Positions 36,396-51,300 of a stretch of 64,000 nucleotides of DNA are shown here, one piece after another. The notes below the pieces were generated by a model. The model had not been told where the DNA came from and did not search any database. It saw nothing but the letters and a program-made list of their open reading frames with translations. The DNA is taken from NCBI GenBank assembly GCA_023213395.1, contig CM041465.1, forward strand, positions 172,057,741 to 172,121,740. The letters are read 5' to 3'. The position numbers were made by a program, and so were the translations under genes. Positions within the stretch are counted from its first letter, which is position 1; each line of letters starts with the position of its first letter. The stretch comes from Cycas panzhihuaensis (Eukaryota; Plantae; Cycadophyta).

Positions 36396-37289
36396 GTTTT
36401 CTTTAATCTAAATTATTTGTTTGTTTGCTTTTGTCCTTGGTGAGGGTCTTAATAGAATTATATTTTTCTACTTATGTCCAAGTTTCACAAAGGTCCTTAG
36501 AAGTTTATTCTTATTTATCTCAAGACTCTCCTATTGATTTTTTAAAAGGGACCATAAAGACATCTGTTTCTTGCTTGAAGTGTTTTAAATCCAAAACTTT
36601 CATTTGGGATATTTAATCTTGTAGGTCCATTATCTATGTTTGTTGATAATTAATAAAGCTCATAATGGCTAAGCTAGGTTCAACATGGTTCTACCCTATG
36701 AATAGATGGGCTTGTGCATAGATTGGGATAACAAATTATATTTAAAAGGGATCTCTTTTTGAAGCCAAGTCCTTACAAATGCCCCTTTCTTTTATATGAG
36801 ATTCTAGTTAGGGCCTTAGTGGGCATTTTTTAGTGAATGCCCCAATGGGTCTCTCTCTTCCGCTCCCTTCCCCTCCCCAATCTTTAAATACAATGCAACA
36901 TTCTTAGTTCCCCTTGACTTGATACTATTATTATGGATCCCATCCCCTATACCCTATAACACACAATAGTAACCTAATTAGGGGAGTTGCATTAAGAAAG
37001 TTAAAAAAGAAGATAAGATTCATATTTAGGTTTGGGACAAGAAGTCATAATTTGACATTAAACTCACCATTAAGCCTTTGTATATGTAAAACCCTATCAT
37101 AGAACTAGAATTGTCACCACTTCATAGTGTGTCATGTCTATCTTTTATAATGCCCATCTTTATGGTGACACTTCCACATACTAAAATACAGGAACAATAT
37201 ATAAGTCTTATTATTTAACACTGGACCATCTCCCTATGAAGATAGTGTCCTTGGGTGCTTAGAATTTACTCTTTACATATGTTTATAAG

Positions 37290-40236
37290 GCTTTAGAAAT
37301 TGTCATTCTTTTATATGTTTATCCTTTAAATTGTTGTTCCTATCGAATCTCCTCCTACTAGACTTCACCCATTGCATCTTGATGGATCTTTACAGCTTCT
37401 TAGAGTCTATATATTTCCAATGTTGGACTCGGAAAGGTATCCTAAAGGGGTATTGTAGTTATCTTATCACTGCATGTTTGTAATTGTATTGGTACCTCCT
37501 TATCTAGAATAACTGAGATGAGATTGACATTTTGAAGTTGATTATTTTTTGAACAATTTACCCACTCATGATTTGCTAGTCCACATCCTTCATAGATAAA
37601 GTCACCACCTTGTTTTTTTTCTAATGGTTAGTCTAATCTAAAATGTCCTAATCTCTAGCACAAAAAATAATGGACTAGATTCATTTTGCCTTTATATTAT
37701 TTTTCTAATCATTCAATTTTCTAAAAAAATATATTATGAACTTCACTATTTGGTCAAGAGAAGCATTCCTATGTATTGTGGTTGGATTTTCTATAATATT
37801 TACACTATTTTGTTGACCCATTGTGTTCATTTTTCAGATGACCTTGCTAATTGCAAGGTGGGGGGCATGCATCAAATATTATCTCAAATTTATCTAAGCA
37901 TAACTGGGCTAATTCTACATGTAATTTCTCCACTTCTTAATTATGTTGCATGCTTATAGGTACTAATACAAATGGTTGTTGCTTTAATACCTCCACTTCT
38001 TTTCTCATCTCTTCAATTTTTAGGTTCATTCCCATATGAGGCATTTGTATATTATATTGACTGTTTGTCAATGAGGATTGTGTTTTTGCCCTTAGCTATG
38101 GCAATTTGAGAGAAAATTAGTCTTATTTACGAAACTTGCTACATTGCCAACTGGGAGTGTGCCATCTTCATTTGATTTTCGAACTTCAAGGCTAGTTCCC
38201 ACTCCTACTCATAGTTATTCATCGGATGTAATGTGACTTTATCTCTTAATTATAGAATTAATCCTTGTATAAAATATTTCATTGCTAACATAGGATTAAT
38301 TGCCATGGATGGTTATATTTTATTCATTATGATTTATATTCATCTATCAAAATCATTGATTGATTCTCCAGGATATTATTTTATTTCTTCTAAGGCTTGG
38401 AATATAGCCATTGGATCTCTCAATTTTTGGAAACAAACCAAAAACTACCTACAATTGATCCCATAATAAATTATGCATCGCTACATATTGGAACCAAGTG
38501 ATCTCTACTCCTCATAATGTAGAAAAAAATCAAGCTTTGATGTCATTAGGATCCACAATTCTTTTAATCTATAACATATTTTTAAATAATGCCAAATAAT
38601 CTCCTAGATTTGTGGATCCATCAAATTATAGGCTTAAAAAGGCGAAATCATTTTACATAATAATGTAGGCTCCCACAAGTCCCGTTCCACTTCCTTGACC
38701 CACTCTACCTGGTGGTTGATTTCCACCTTTGCCTATATTAGTAAAAAGCAATTGATTTGATGATGGCCCTTTGCCACCTAGATTTCCTCCTAGTGGTGAA
38801 TTACCACCTCCTACACTTCCAACTAGAGTTGACATTAGTGACTTAAAGAGAGGATTTAATATATGGTTTATGGGAGTTCTCACTTCAAGCCAATGATGGT
38901 TCTAACCTGAATTCATTGTACTATATAATTCTAATTCAATTACATTATCTTTATTTACTTGTGATGTTATTTCTTCTCAAGGTTCCTCTTTGGCCATGTT
39001 GTTTTGTAACTTTTCTCTTTCCAAAAAACCTTCCTCAACTATTTCTTTTTGTAACAGTTCTTCTTCAAGAGGATCCTCTTCTAATGTATACTTTGGTCGC
39101 ATATAGTCTGTCATATTTTCTTTGACAGAATATCCACTCATCTCAACATTCACTTCTTTCTTTAATTTGCCTTCTATACTCGAGTTCTTCCTCCTTGTCA
39201 AGTTAGCAAGGCCTCTTCACTTGCTTTCTTAGCATAAGTATAAATCTTGACTTATGTACTCACTTGGAGTTTATCTTCTTCCTAACACTCTCTCTATTTA
39301 CAATGTAATTCTACTTCAATCCTAGGTGGCATGGAAGAGGTCCTAAATTTCTAACTCAACCTTACCTATTATGCTTTACTTATTCATGTCTCTCACTGAA
39401 TTTGTGTAGGTAATAGAACCAATGTGTTGTCTTGCTCTATCTCTGCATGTCAACCATAATAACAACTAAATAAACCAAGCATAAGAAACACCAAATATAA
39501 TGCAAAGCATGATATTATTGGAAAGAGTAAATTACATCTAGTCCTCTCACAACCAAATGAAGGCCCAAACAATACATAAGATGTACAATTATGGCGTCAT
39601 GCCTATTATAGCAAGAAAACTCTACAATTCCTTTTCTCACATACATATGCATGCCTTCGTAGACTGATTTTGACTCATTTTAATACAAAAAATAGGTAGT
39701 TTAGCTACCATTATTACATAAAAATGGTATGACAATTTCTATACAATAAAACAACCAATTACGTTCTTGAAACTAACTATCAACGATTGTAATTTCGATA
39801 ACTATTACGATTTGGTCACAACCACAATCCCAACTATGATCTGGTCATAACTGCAATCCCAACTGTGATCTACTCATAACTTTTATTCTAATCGTGATCC
39901 AGTTGGAATTGCAACTTCAATTATGATTTAGTTATGTCTATCACTCCAACTATAATCTAGTTGCAACTGTAACTCTAACTGTGACCTGGTCACAACTACT
40001 GCTTCAACTATGATCTAGTCACAACCACAGTTCCAACTATGATTTGGTTACAACTGTTGCTCCAATTGTAATCTAGTCACAACTACAACTTTAACTACAA
40101 CCTAGTTACAATAGCTGATTTAACTCCATCTGGTTGCAACTGTAACTCTAACTGCAACCCAATTATAACTGCAACTTCAACTGTGATCCGAATGCACTCA
40201 CAATTATAACCTCAACAACTCTAAAATATACACATA
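37290..40236 (-). mobile_element. D' partial duplicate (gag plus 5' LTR 39423-40236 with the 29-bp array)
   Basis: Paralogous to 19798-22748. Confidence 0.9.
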
Positions 40237-40724
40237 AAATATTTTTTGTCAGATGTAATAATCATGCCACTACTTCCTATGATGTTGTACAATATGAGTG
40301 TTTTTTATAAATCTTACTCCAAAACCTTGTCCAGTTCATAAATATCCATTAAGCTTTATTTTTGGGCCATAATCAATGACACCTCTAATTCACTAGTTGT
40401 CCTAAATATTTTGATCTTTAATTTAATTGGCATAACAACATATTCCCCATATACAAATTTGAAGAGGCTAAATCTCAGGTGTATCTTCCAAGTAACACAA
40501 CATATCTATACAACTTTTGGTAGTCTTTCTTCTTAATCATGCTTGTGTAATTGGACAATCTTAGTGATAATCTTTTTTAGTTTTTTATTTGTAACCTCAA
40601 CTTGACCATTTGCTTATGGGTAATACCAAGTGGATTTACGATGTCATACCTTGTACTCATCTATAAGAGTTGAAATCATATGATTTAAAAAGGGTTTCTC
40701 CTTCTCACTTACTAACTTCCAAGG

Positions 40725-43700
40725 TGAAGGAAGGATGGATCTACAGAATAAATCACTCACATGCACACAATGGTAATAGAGAATGAAAAAGAAATGAAAC
40801 AAGATATGAGAGTAAGCTTGGATGTGAGAATGAATAATAACTCCCTTATTGAGATTTCGCCTTTTATTATTGAGGGTGAGCATTAGGGTTAGGATTTTTC
40901 TGCCTAATAATATGAACTCGAAATTACATCTAAATGTACATAAAATATATTTGATTAAGACACTAATACTAATCGATATATCTTAAGGCCATATAATTAA
41001 TCTACATAAATGACCTTGATACATTAACCTCTTTCAATCCCCCCCTTAATGGTGGAAGGCCATTTTTGATAAAATCTATTTTATGAGGTCTTCATTTGAG
41101 CCTCATTATTACATTAAAATTTTAAATGACACTTTTGTGGGAAAACCCTCATGGGAAATAAAAACCCATGAACTTTCTAAGATCTATAGCCCCTTTTATA
41201 AATTAAAATGGCTAAGGTGGCTCTTTAATGTAGTATGGTAGCCAAGCAACTTAAATGTGCAGCTTAATCTGTTAAGTCTCTATATACCGTTTGGTCATCC
41301 CTTATGCCCTTTTGGGTTTTCATAGGTTCTGATTTTCCAAAACTAGTACAACCCTTATCCTTCTATGCCCACATGAGATTTTTATAAAGAGGATAGAGTA
41401 GAGACTTACTCTTCTTCTTCCGCACCCATAAGGGGTTTTTATGAAGAGAATAGAGTATGATGATCATGTTACCATCTTCATTAATCAATCAAAGATGGAG
41501 GCCCTAAGGCTGAGTTACCTTCAGAATAGTTTAAACTTCACCTTTTATAGAGGTTTAGTGAAGATATCAGCCACTTGATCTATTATGGGGCAGTATTCCA
41601 GTTGAATTGTGTTGTCATGAATAAGTTCTCTAATCCTGTGGACTTTCGTACTTAGGTGTTTGGTACGATCGTAAAATACAAGATTTTTCGCCATGCAGAT
41701 TGCTGATTGATTATCTACACGAAGACTGGTAGGACTTGTTTGGGTGATATTCAATGTTTCTAATAATTTTTTAAGCCATATCACCTCCTTGCTGGTCTCA
41801 GAAATAACAATGTATTCAACTTTGATAGTTGAATCTGCAACTATCTTCTGCCATATATATCTCCATGATATTGGTGCCATTCCAAAAAATTTTACATAAC
41901 TAGACGTAGATCTTCTTGTATCTTTATCTCCTACAAAATCTGAGTCTATATATGCAGAAAGCTTGAAATCTGAATTAGGTTCATACAACAGACCATATTT
42001 GCTGGTCATCTTAAGGTATCTCAACACTTACATTGCTGCCTACCAATGATTTTGCTTATGATTTATCATGTAACAAGTAAGAATGCCGATAGAGTATGCA
42101 ATATCTGGTCTTGTATTGGTAGTGTAGATGATACAACCTACAAGTTTCCTATAGAGTGTTGCGTCTACCTCCCTAGTGTCACCTTCAATTGAGAGTTTGG
42201 TATTAGGGTCCATAGGTAAAATCACTGATCAAACATCTTTCAATTGAAACTTGGTTAGAAGATCATTAATGTATTTTTCTTAGGAGAGGAAAATTTTTCT
42301 ATTCTTTTGAGTTACTTTAATTACCAAATAATATTTTATCAAACTGAGGTTAGATAATTTGAATATTTTTCAAGGTTCTTTTTCAGCTGCCTTATTGCCT
42401 GTTCACTATTACCCATTACTAGCATGTCATCCACAAAGGTTATGAGATAAGTGACTTTATCCTTATGGTGCTTGATGAACAATGTTACATCAATATCTTG
42501 GTAGTCACAAACCTCGTATCCAAGTTACCTCATTCTTTTAAACAACTTAGTAAACCAAGCACAAGGGGCTTGTTTAAGGCCATACAAGGACTTTTTGAGG
42601 CTGCAAACCTTATGCTCATGACCTTCAATCTCATATCCTTCTTGATAAATTTCTTCTTCAAGATCTCCATTAAGAAACGTAGTTTTAATATCGAGTTGGT
42701 GGATTTTCCAACCCTATTGAGTAGCTAAGGCCACAAAAGTTCTAATTATAGGCCACTTGGTTGTAGGTGCAAAGACTTCAGTGTAGTTGATGCCTTCCCT
42801 TTATGTAAATCCTTTAGCTACTAACCTCACCTTATATTTTTCAAGGGTCTCGTCTTATCTATATTTGTTTTTGAATACCCATTTATTTTAAACTACCTTT
42901 CTGGCAAGTGGTAGATCAACGAGCTCCCATGTACCATTTTTTATAAGAGATTGGTACTCTTCGTTCATGACATTTCTCCAAACTATATGTTTTATAGCTT
43001 CTTGCTAGAAGAGAGACTCTTCATTAAGAGTAAGATGCAGTTCCGTTGGTTTAAACTCAATATATAATAATTCTTACATCATTTCTCTATAGGCACTTTG
43101 AGTGCCAATTTTACCCACCTCATCTAGTCATATGTCCTTATTGAGTTGGCGGGCTTCTTGAGATCCTCCAGTTGGGAATGAGGTTCTCATTTCCTCAACT
43201 CCTTGGTTCTCATCTTATTCATTAAAATGATTATTTTGTGAGGAGGATGTTGATGTGCCTGAGGAAGATGATCCTTCTACCACTGTTTTATCTTTGTTGA
43301 CAGAAGGTGGAGAGGATGGTTCTTCTATAATGGCTTTGCCTTTGTTAACTCTACTATCTTCAAATAATGGTGCTGGATATGCACTCATCAGTTTAGAGTC
43401 ACAACTTATATCCTTTGAGACTCTATTGTTAGCTTCCAATATTTAGAGTAATTTGTGTCTGTCTCCCTCCCCCCGTAAATTTTAGAATTTGAACATCATA
43501 CTTGATAACATGATTATAGCAATGTGAAGGTACTTTGGAGTCCAGTTTAAGTAATTGATCATTTGTCTCCGCAAAAATGACATCTCTGGTAATAATGATT
43601 TTTCATTGTAAATGTATAAAAACCTTATACCTTTTCTTATCCATAAGGTATCCAATAAAGATACCTTTAAGTGCCTTTGGCTGGAGTTTATTTCAATTTG

Positions 43701-46700
43701 CATCTAGAATGTGGGCATAGCATGTAAAGCCAAAAATTTTGAAGTTGTGAATAATGGGAGTTTATCCTGACCACTTTTCATTAGGTGATTGTACTTCCTT
43801 TGATGGGCTAACAATATTGATACAATAAACAACTGTCTAGATAGCTTCGGCCCATAAGTAGGTAGGTACATTTTTGTATATCAACATAGCTTGATCTATG
43901 TTCATGATTGTCCTATTCATGCATTAGTAACTCCATTTTGTTATGGCGTACCTGCTACTATTGTTTGATGCTTGATGCCATGGTCTCAAAAGTAGCTTTC
44001 AAACTCATGTGCAGTATATTCGCCACCATTATTAGTTTAAAGATATTTGAGTTGATAAACTAACTCTTTTTTAGTGAGGGATTTAAATTCTTTGAATATA
44101 CAAAAGGCTTCATCTTTCTTATGTAGAAAAGCTACCCATACTTTTCTAGTGAAATCATCAATGAAAGAGATGTAATATAATTTACTCTTCAGTGAAGGAA
44201 TGAGCATTGGCCAACACAAATCAGAGTGTACTAATTATAATAGATGACTCGATTTCCACTAACTTTTGGGAAAGGGTTGTCAATGAGATTTAGAAATGAT
44301 ACATGATTTATATTTAAAGGGCTTAGAGGAGAACTTTGGAAGATTTAGAAGAGTGTTAGAAATATGTCTAAGTCTATTAATGTGAACATGGCCCATGCAA
44401 ACATGCCAAAGAGCTTCTAGTGACAATGTTGGATCGGTCAAGATGGAATTAAATGTAAATTCTTCATCGGCACAAGGGCTTTAGGCACAATGGGCTTCAT
44501 AAGATGGAGAGCCATTCAGTCAAAAGAGTTTGCCAGAGAGATGTCCAGTCAAGACCACATGATTAGTTGGAGAGTGAATGACTTGGAGAGTCTAGTCATT
44601 TATGGTTACACTCAGATCAAATCCACAAGAGATAAGTGTGGATAAGGAGAGTAGGTTTTATTTGAGATTGGGTATGTATAAGACATTAAGCAATGTAAAA
44701 TTTTCTAAGCCTAGGAGTTTCAGGCGAATGTTACCAATTCCTTCAATAGGTTATTGTGATTTATCAGCCATGTGAATAACTCCTTGAACATTTGAGTCAA
44801 ATGTTTGATATAGACTGCGATTGCATGTCATATGTTGAGTTGCTCATATGTCCACGATCCATTGTCCTTCGATTGAAGCCACACTATTGGAAATTCCAAT
44901 AGGGCTTGGCATTGGTGAAGGGAATTCATAAGTGATATATCCACATCGAGCTTCAAAGTATCTCTTTGGTTAGTCAATGGAATTTAATTCTAAAGATCCC
45001 TCAATTCTTTGAACGTGTACTTGTACAAAACTTACACCACTAAAGGATTCTTCACATGTTTCTTCAACATTGTGAGCTCCATGTTTTGGTTGGAACTTAG
45101 CCAACTTATAAGTGATGGTTCTATAGTCTTTTGCTAAGTGTCCTTTATGGTTACACTGATCACACACAATAGTTTGATTACCAGTCCTTGAAGAGGTACA
45201 AGTTTGTCTTGATTATCTTACTCTTTGTTGAGGTGGCCCTTGGCCTTGAGACTATCAAGGTTGTGACTGAGGGTTTGGTTGACCTTATAGATGATTTTCC
45301 ATGTTTCTTCCTCTTCCTCTTACTCAGTCATTTCCTTTACCATGAGAGGGACCTTGATTTCTTGTATAGCAAACTTCTTTTTCTACTTCAAATGCTGAAT
45401 CTAAAAGAGAGTTAGAGACTATAAAGTTTATATCAAAGGTCTTGTCAAATTCAATAAACTTATCAACAAGTGCTTCAAAGTTGAGTATCTTCAATGTTCC
45501 ACTAGATTGAAGACTTCCAAGTAAGTTTTTATAATCAAGAATATATAGACATGACCGGATCAAGAATGCCTAAGTGATACATTGGGTCTTAAAATCTTTA
45601 TCAATTGGATATTTGATTGGTCGAAGGAGATTTATTATCTCATGAGATCGTCCCTTCTGCATTTTTAATTTGTTCATTTTTAGAACAAGATAAATAAATT
45701 TTAAATCTGATTTGGTATTAAAGTTCTTCTTGAGAACTTTAGGGACCTTCTAGGCTATATCATGTTGCTCTTCATTAATTAAGTTGTGTAAGGAGTGATC
45801 AGTGACCAACAGAATTTTTGCATAAATATTTTCATCATCTATCTCCCATTGTAGTTTGGCTACAATATCTATAGGAGTTGTTGGGGTGGATCCACCAAAA
45901 GCAGATGGTGTAATTATTGCTGGTATGCTGGGTGTAGGTTGCAAATGGGCTCTTCAAAGGCCTTCATACTTTGTAGTATTTTTAACTCAAGTGTACCATA
46001 GATCTTAATTTTCTTTGCCTTTCAATATGCAATTAAAATTCTATTTGAATTGAGATGACATGGTGATGATGAAGAAGTAGAAGAGATGACAGAAGTATGT
46101 GCCACTGACACGCGTGGCTAATACACCTGGTGCAACATGGATATAGAAGTAAATACTATGATGAGAAACAAGCAATGATTAAATATTTTTCAATAACTAT
46201 GAAAAATAAACATAAATAATGATGCAAGAATGAGGCCTAATGTAGAGTTGGTAAAGAGTGGTGATGTGTCATGCCACTAACCTCTCACTTATGTCCAAAT
46301 GTAGATGAGGTTTCAATGCCTAAGGCTTCTAGTTTACGATTAAGGCCTTCACCCGTGATACCTGCACCTGTGCTTGGTGATGAAATCCAAGTCACAATGG
46401 AGCCCAAGTACTCCCAGTCCTCACCCAATTCACCAATGAGCAACTATATACCTCCTCTGAAGAGTCAAATGGTACTGTGTATCCCACAGCTCTGACAAAT
46501 ATTGGACTGGGTTAATTTTAATCTTACATTAAGGTTTTTAGTTTCTCGGGTGGTTATCAGGATTATCTCTGATTGGAGGTCATATATATGGCTAACTTGT
46601 CCCTCCACTACTACTCTATTTAAGACCAGACCCAGTATGAAACTCACACCTCCCTTAGAACCTGGGCTTCAGCCAACCTTAGTCTATTTCAACCAAGGTG

Positions 46701-48321
46701 AGTATGTGCACAAGTCAAGAACTAGTAGTATAGATCATACGGATGAGATTCCTTTTAGGAATAGTATAAGATGTTTCCATATAACTGAAAACTAAAATAG
46801 AAAGTTGCCAAATGTGCTTGCTTATTTTTTGTGCTTACTTTATTATTGTTGTTACTTTATGTGATACTTTATGCTATGTGTGTAAATAGAAAAAGCATGC
46901 TAGATTTAACAAGGAACCGGATGTTGCTTTCGATCTAAGGTTTCCCCTACTTTAGTATAATGTTTCTAAATATATTTTTAGAAGTTTTGATACAAAAGCC
47001 ACAATGGGATAAAAAGTGGATCAACTCGCTGCTAAAATGCTGATTTTTATAAATATACATGTATGTTATTTTGCCCTATTTTGTATTTTTTCCACAAAAT
47101 TTATAAATAATGATAAATGGGCATAATTTTTAAAAATTATAAATATGGGCTTAAATAATGAAATATGAATTTATGACAGAAGGAAAAAATGTTCAGAATG
47201 TCATTTTTAATAGAGTTGTGAAGTCAGGTTTCTGAAAAGGTATAAAACATGTTTTGCCCAAAAAAGCATAAAAGTAAAATCCTGCCACATCCACTGTCTC
47301 AGAATCTAAACTTCAATGTGTCAAAAGTTACATTTTGACACGTACGTTAACTTTTCCTTTTGATTCATCTCTAAAATCTACCAAAAAGTTACCCGAAATA
47401 CCCTTGCAATGTCCTTTATGGGGTTGAGTAGGCAAAATCAATAATCGTGAGAAAATTGCATAGATCTTACTAACCAGTAGATGAAATTTAATGAGATTTA
47501 TCTTAAAATTATTCTAAGACATAAATCTACTAAATCCATTAATAAAAATTTCAGATTTTGAGCTAATAATTAAAGGATTTCATTAGGAAAAGTACCTTAA
47601 ATCACTTATCCACAAATTTTACACTTTTGTCATAGCTAAAACTCATTGTTGTAGACTGAATCTAAAGTTTATCTAGAAGAAAAAAATGATCCTCTAGTCA
47701 AGATGACCTTGTATGTCAAATTTTATCAAATTTTGATATGGTCAATTTTTTCATAAAAATTTAGGCCCTTAATGCTTCCGGGACTGTTCCGACAACTGAA
47801 CGGCTTCAAAAACTTGTACTCTACACCTCTGAATTTTTGCACATATATAGAAAACATCAACATACAAAGTACTATAATTTTAAGCTCTTAAAATGTTAAA
47901 AAATAATGAATGCATTCTCAATACTTAACATTAAAGGTGAAGGAGAGGCAAAATGACTTCATGCAAATGGAATAGAGTGAATAGATCCCCTTCTAACTCT
48001 GACACCAAATGAAGGAAAGATGGATCTAGGGAATAAAGCACTCACATGCATACAATGGCAATGGAGAATGAAAAAGAAATGAAACAAGATGTGAGAGCAA
48101 GCTTGGAGGTGTGAATGAATAATAACTCCCTCTTTGAGATTTTGTATTTTATTATTGAGGGTGAGCATTAGGGTTAGGATGTTCCCGCCTAATGACATGA
48201 ACTTGAAATTACATCTAAATGCACATAAAGTGCATTTCATTAAGAGACTAATGCTAATCAATATATCCTAAGGTCATATAATTAATTTACATAAATGACC
48301 TTGATATATTAACCTCTTTCA
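40725..48321 (-). mobile_element. C' duplicate Ty1/copia
   Basis: LTRs 40725-41036 and 48010-48321; TSD CAAGG/CAAAG; RNase H ORF 41545-42027; gag ATG at 46061. Confidence 0.95.
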
Positions 48322-51300
48322 CAAAGTGCTTTATATCTAGTGAATACTTTTTCATATAAGAATACTATAACATTCTTAGAGTTGGCTTCTCGAGATGATC
48401 TTGTTTTAACCCATTTTGTCACATAGTCTGCACAAACCAATATATGTCAATGTTACTTTCTTGATGCTAGATGCATTGGCCCTATAAAATCAATGGCCGA
48501 CATTTTGAAGGACTCAATTGAAAATAGTGTAGAGGCATAGCAAATTCTTTGGATGGTTTCTCCATTCAATGGTAAGCATCATAATGAGTAACATACTACT
48601 TTACATCCTTGTGTAGAGAAGGCTAAAAGTATCTAATTATTAAGATTTTTTGGGCTAACCTCTTTATTACAAAATATTCTCCATAAGGTTTACTAAGAGT
48701 AGCTTTTAACACATCAAATTGTTCATCATCTTTTAAGCATCTATGGATGATGTTATCAAACCCAACTTAATACAAGTGATGAAAATCCATATAGAATGGG
48801 AGCTAGTCCTTACCAATTTTCTTTGTTATTTCTTTAACAAATTTATTGGTATGAATCCTACGGTAACATAGTTCATGATGTTTTCAAACCAAGGATTGTT
48901 AATTGTGATGGCAAATAAGTGCTCCTCAGGGAACCTATCTTCCAAAGGTCTATTTTTGTAAGGTGCATTCAATAGCTACAACATTTAATTTGTTAGATCT
49001 ATCAATAATGCTGATATCAAATCCCTGTAATTGAATTGTGAATGATAATGACAAATACATGCTTGTTAAGGAACCTATCTTCCAAAGGTCCTTCTTTGTA
49101 AGGTGCATTTGGGAGCTACAATATTTACTTTGCCAGGTTTGTCAACAATGCTAATATCAAATTCCATCAAACAATCTGAGGATTATTAGTTGATTTATAC
49201 ATCAAGTAATAGATTACATAATACCTAGTAAGTATAATAGACCAAAAGCTACAATTGTACTGTCAAAACTTATTAAGTACAAATACTATTAGTAAGAATT
49301 CTTTTTTTATTATGGTGTAATTATGTTATGCTCCATGCAGGAATCTACTAGCATAGTGAATGGTGTCCTCCCTTGTCTATTTCTTTTGTGCTAACACAAC
49401 TCCTACCAATGTGTTTGAGATATCTATGTCGATATGAAAAGGATGTGCCTAATTAGGCCCTTACAAAACTAAAGCCTACATCAACTAATTCCATAAGAAT
49501 TCAAAAGCATTAACATATTTGTTTGCCTATTTAAATGGATACTCCTTTTGTAACAATTAATGAAGGAGAGTTTCAATCTTACTAAAATTTTGAATAAATC
49601 TTCTATAGTACCCAGCATGTCCTAGAAAGCTTCAGATATCTTTCAACTTTTAAGGAGTTGCAGTTGCTTGGTCACTTGAATCTTTTACAGATCCACTACA
49701 ATTCAATGTTCTAAAAAGATGTGCCCAAAAACCAATCCTCCTATTAGCAACTTAGTTTTCTTGCTATTAAGATAAGTTTGTTTCTTGTAGTTGTCAAACA
49801 CCTTTTACAACTATTGCAAAGCCTTGTTTATGGAGTTAGCGGAAAACAAGAAGTCGTCTATATAAATCTCAATAAATTTATTGATGAAGTCTAAAAAAAT
49901 TCTAATTATTACTTTTTGAAAGGTGGCTAGAGCATTACAAACTATGAAAAGTGATACCTTATAAGCATATGTTCCCCATGGAATAGGTAAATATTGTCCT
50001 ATCTTAGTGCTCCAAAGAGATTGAAATCTATTTACAACCTAAAAAACAATCTAAAAATGAAAAATACCTTTCCCAACTAATTTGTGGAGAATGGAGAAGT
50101 GATAATGATGTGTAGCCTTATTTAATTCTTGGTAGTCAACATAAATGTGCCATTTGCCACCCTTCATCAAAACAAATACCAAAGGTGAAACCCACCTGAT
50201 ATCTAAAATTGGATAGATCAGGTTTGCATTCAATAACTTCTCTAATTCCTCCTTAACAACTTAATCATGTTCAGGTTTAGTGTTTTTTATAGTTGCTTTA
50301 TTGGCATGCTTCCTTCTTTTATGAATATATAACGCTGGCATAAGGTAGGGCTAACACCCGTCAAGTCTTTGTATGCCCAATAAAATACATCTATGTAATG
50401 TACGAGGACTTTGTATATTTGATTTTTTCCCTCCTCTATGTAGAATGGTCCTATTTGAAAGTTTTATTGCCTAAAAATGTCATTAGACATGCTGCCATTT
50501 ATGGATCTAATTCTTCAATAAAAATAGTTTCTTCTACAACTATGCTACAAAAAGACGTACAATCTCTAATTAGAAGTTGGAAAACTAGTATCTTTCTAAG
50601 TCATCCTCATCATCAAATTCAACCCATTTTGGCTAATCTACTTAGTCCCTTTATGAGTTTTCTAGTTGTATAGGAGCAAATAGAGATAGCAACCTAAAAA
50701 TGTTTGTCATTTGTGATAAGCATTTTGCTTGAATGATAAGTTATTACAATATTTGTTATTACTAAACAGGGTCTTCCCAAAATAATGCGATAGCCTTCCA
50801 CCTCTCCTTTAGACTTAACAACCATGGAATCAATTGGAAATTTTTAGTTGCACACTTGCATAAAAACTTCAATCAAAATACCTTATAATTGGATCACAAA
50901 TCTATCTCTCTCAACACTATTTGCATATTCTACATTCATTAAATCTTCACTTATTGCATGGTTTTGAGTGTTATCATGTTGATGTCCACACCGAAATCCA
51001 TAACCAATCTTTCTAGCTCTCTCCCACAGATAAATATGTCCACTTCTAGACTTCTTAGATCTACATATTTTTCAATTGGTTTTCTCCATTGCATGACATT
51101 TGTAGTTAATCCAACAAGAGTGTTAGATTCCAATTATTTCCTCTTTCGTCTCTTCACACACTAATAAAAGTTCATGAATTGTTTAGCATAGATGGGTGTG
51201 TTCTTTAGTGCTTGAAGCAATGGAATACATATATAAATGTTTTGTAGTTGTTGATGAAAATTGCTCAAGGTATCTTCTTCATGGCCCTTTGCCTATTCTA

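Larger units (their letters stand above)
19798..37289 (+). repeat. Segmental tandem duplication, copy 1 (~17.5 kb)
   Basis: Colinear with 37290-54536; paired ORFs at ~17.49-kb offset (20258/37750, 28790/46271, 32891/50398). Confidence 0.95.

Noticed and set aside
36050-36443. Overlapping Tyr/Ile/Met-rich ORFs
   Set aside because: Translation artefacts of the microsatellite.
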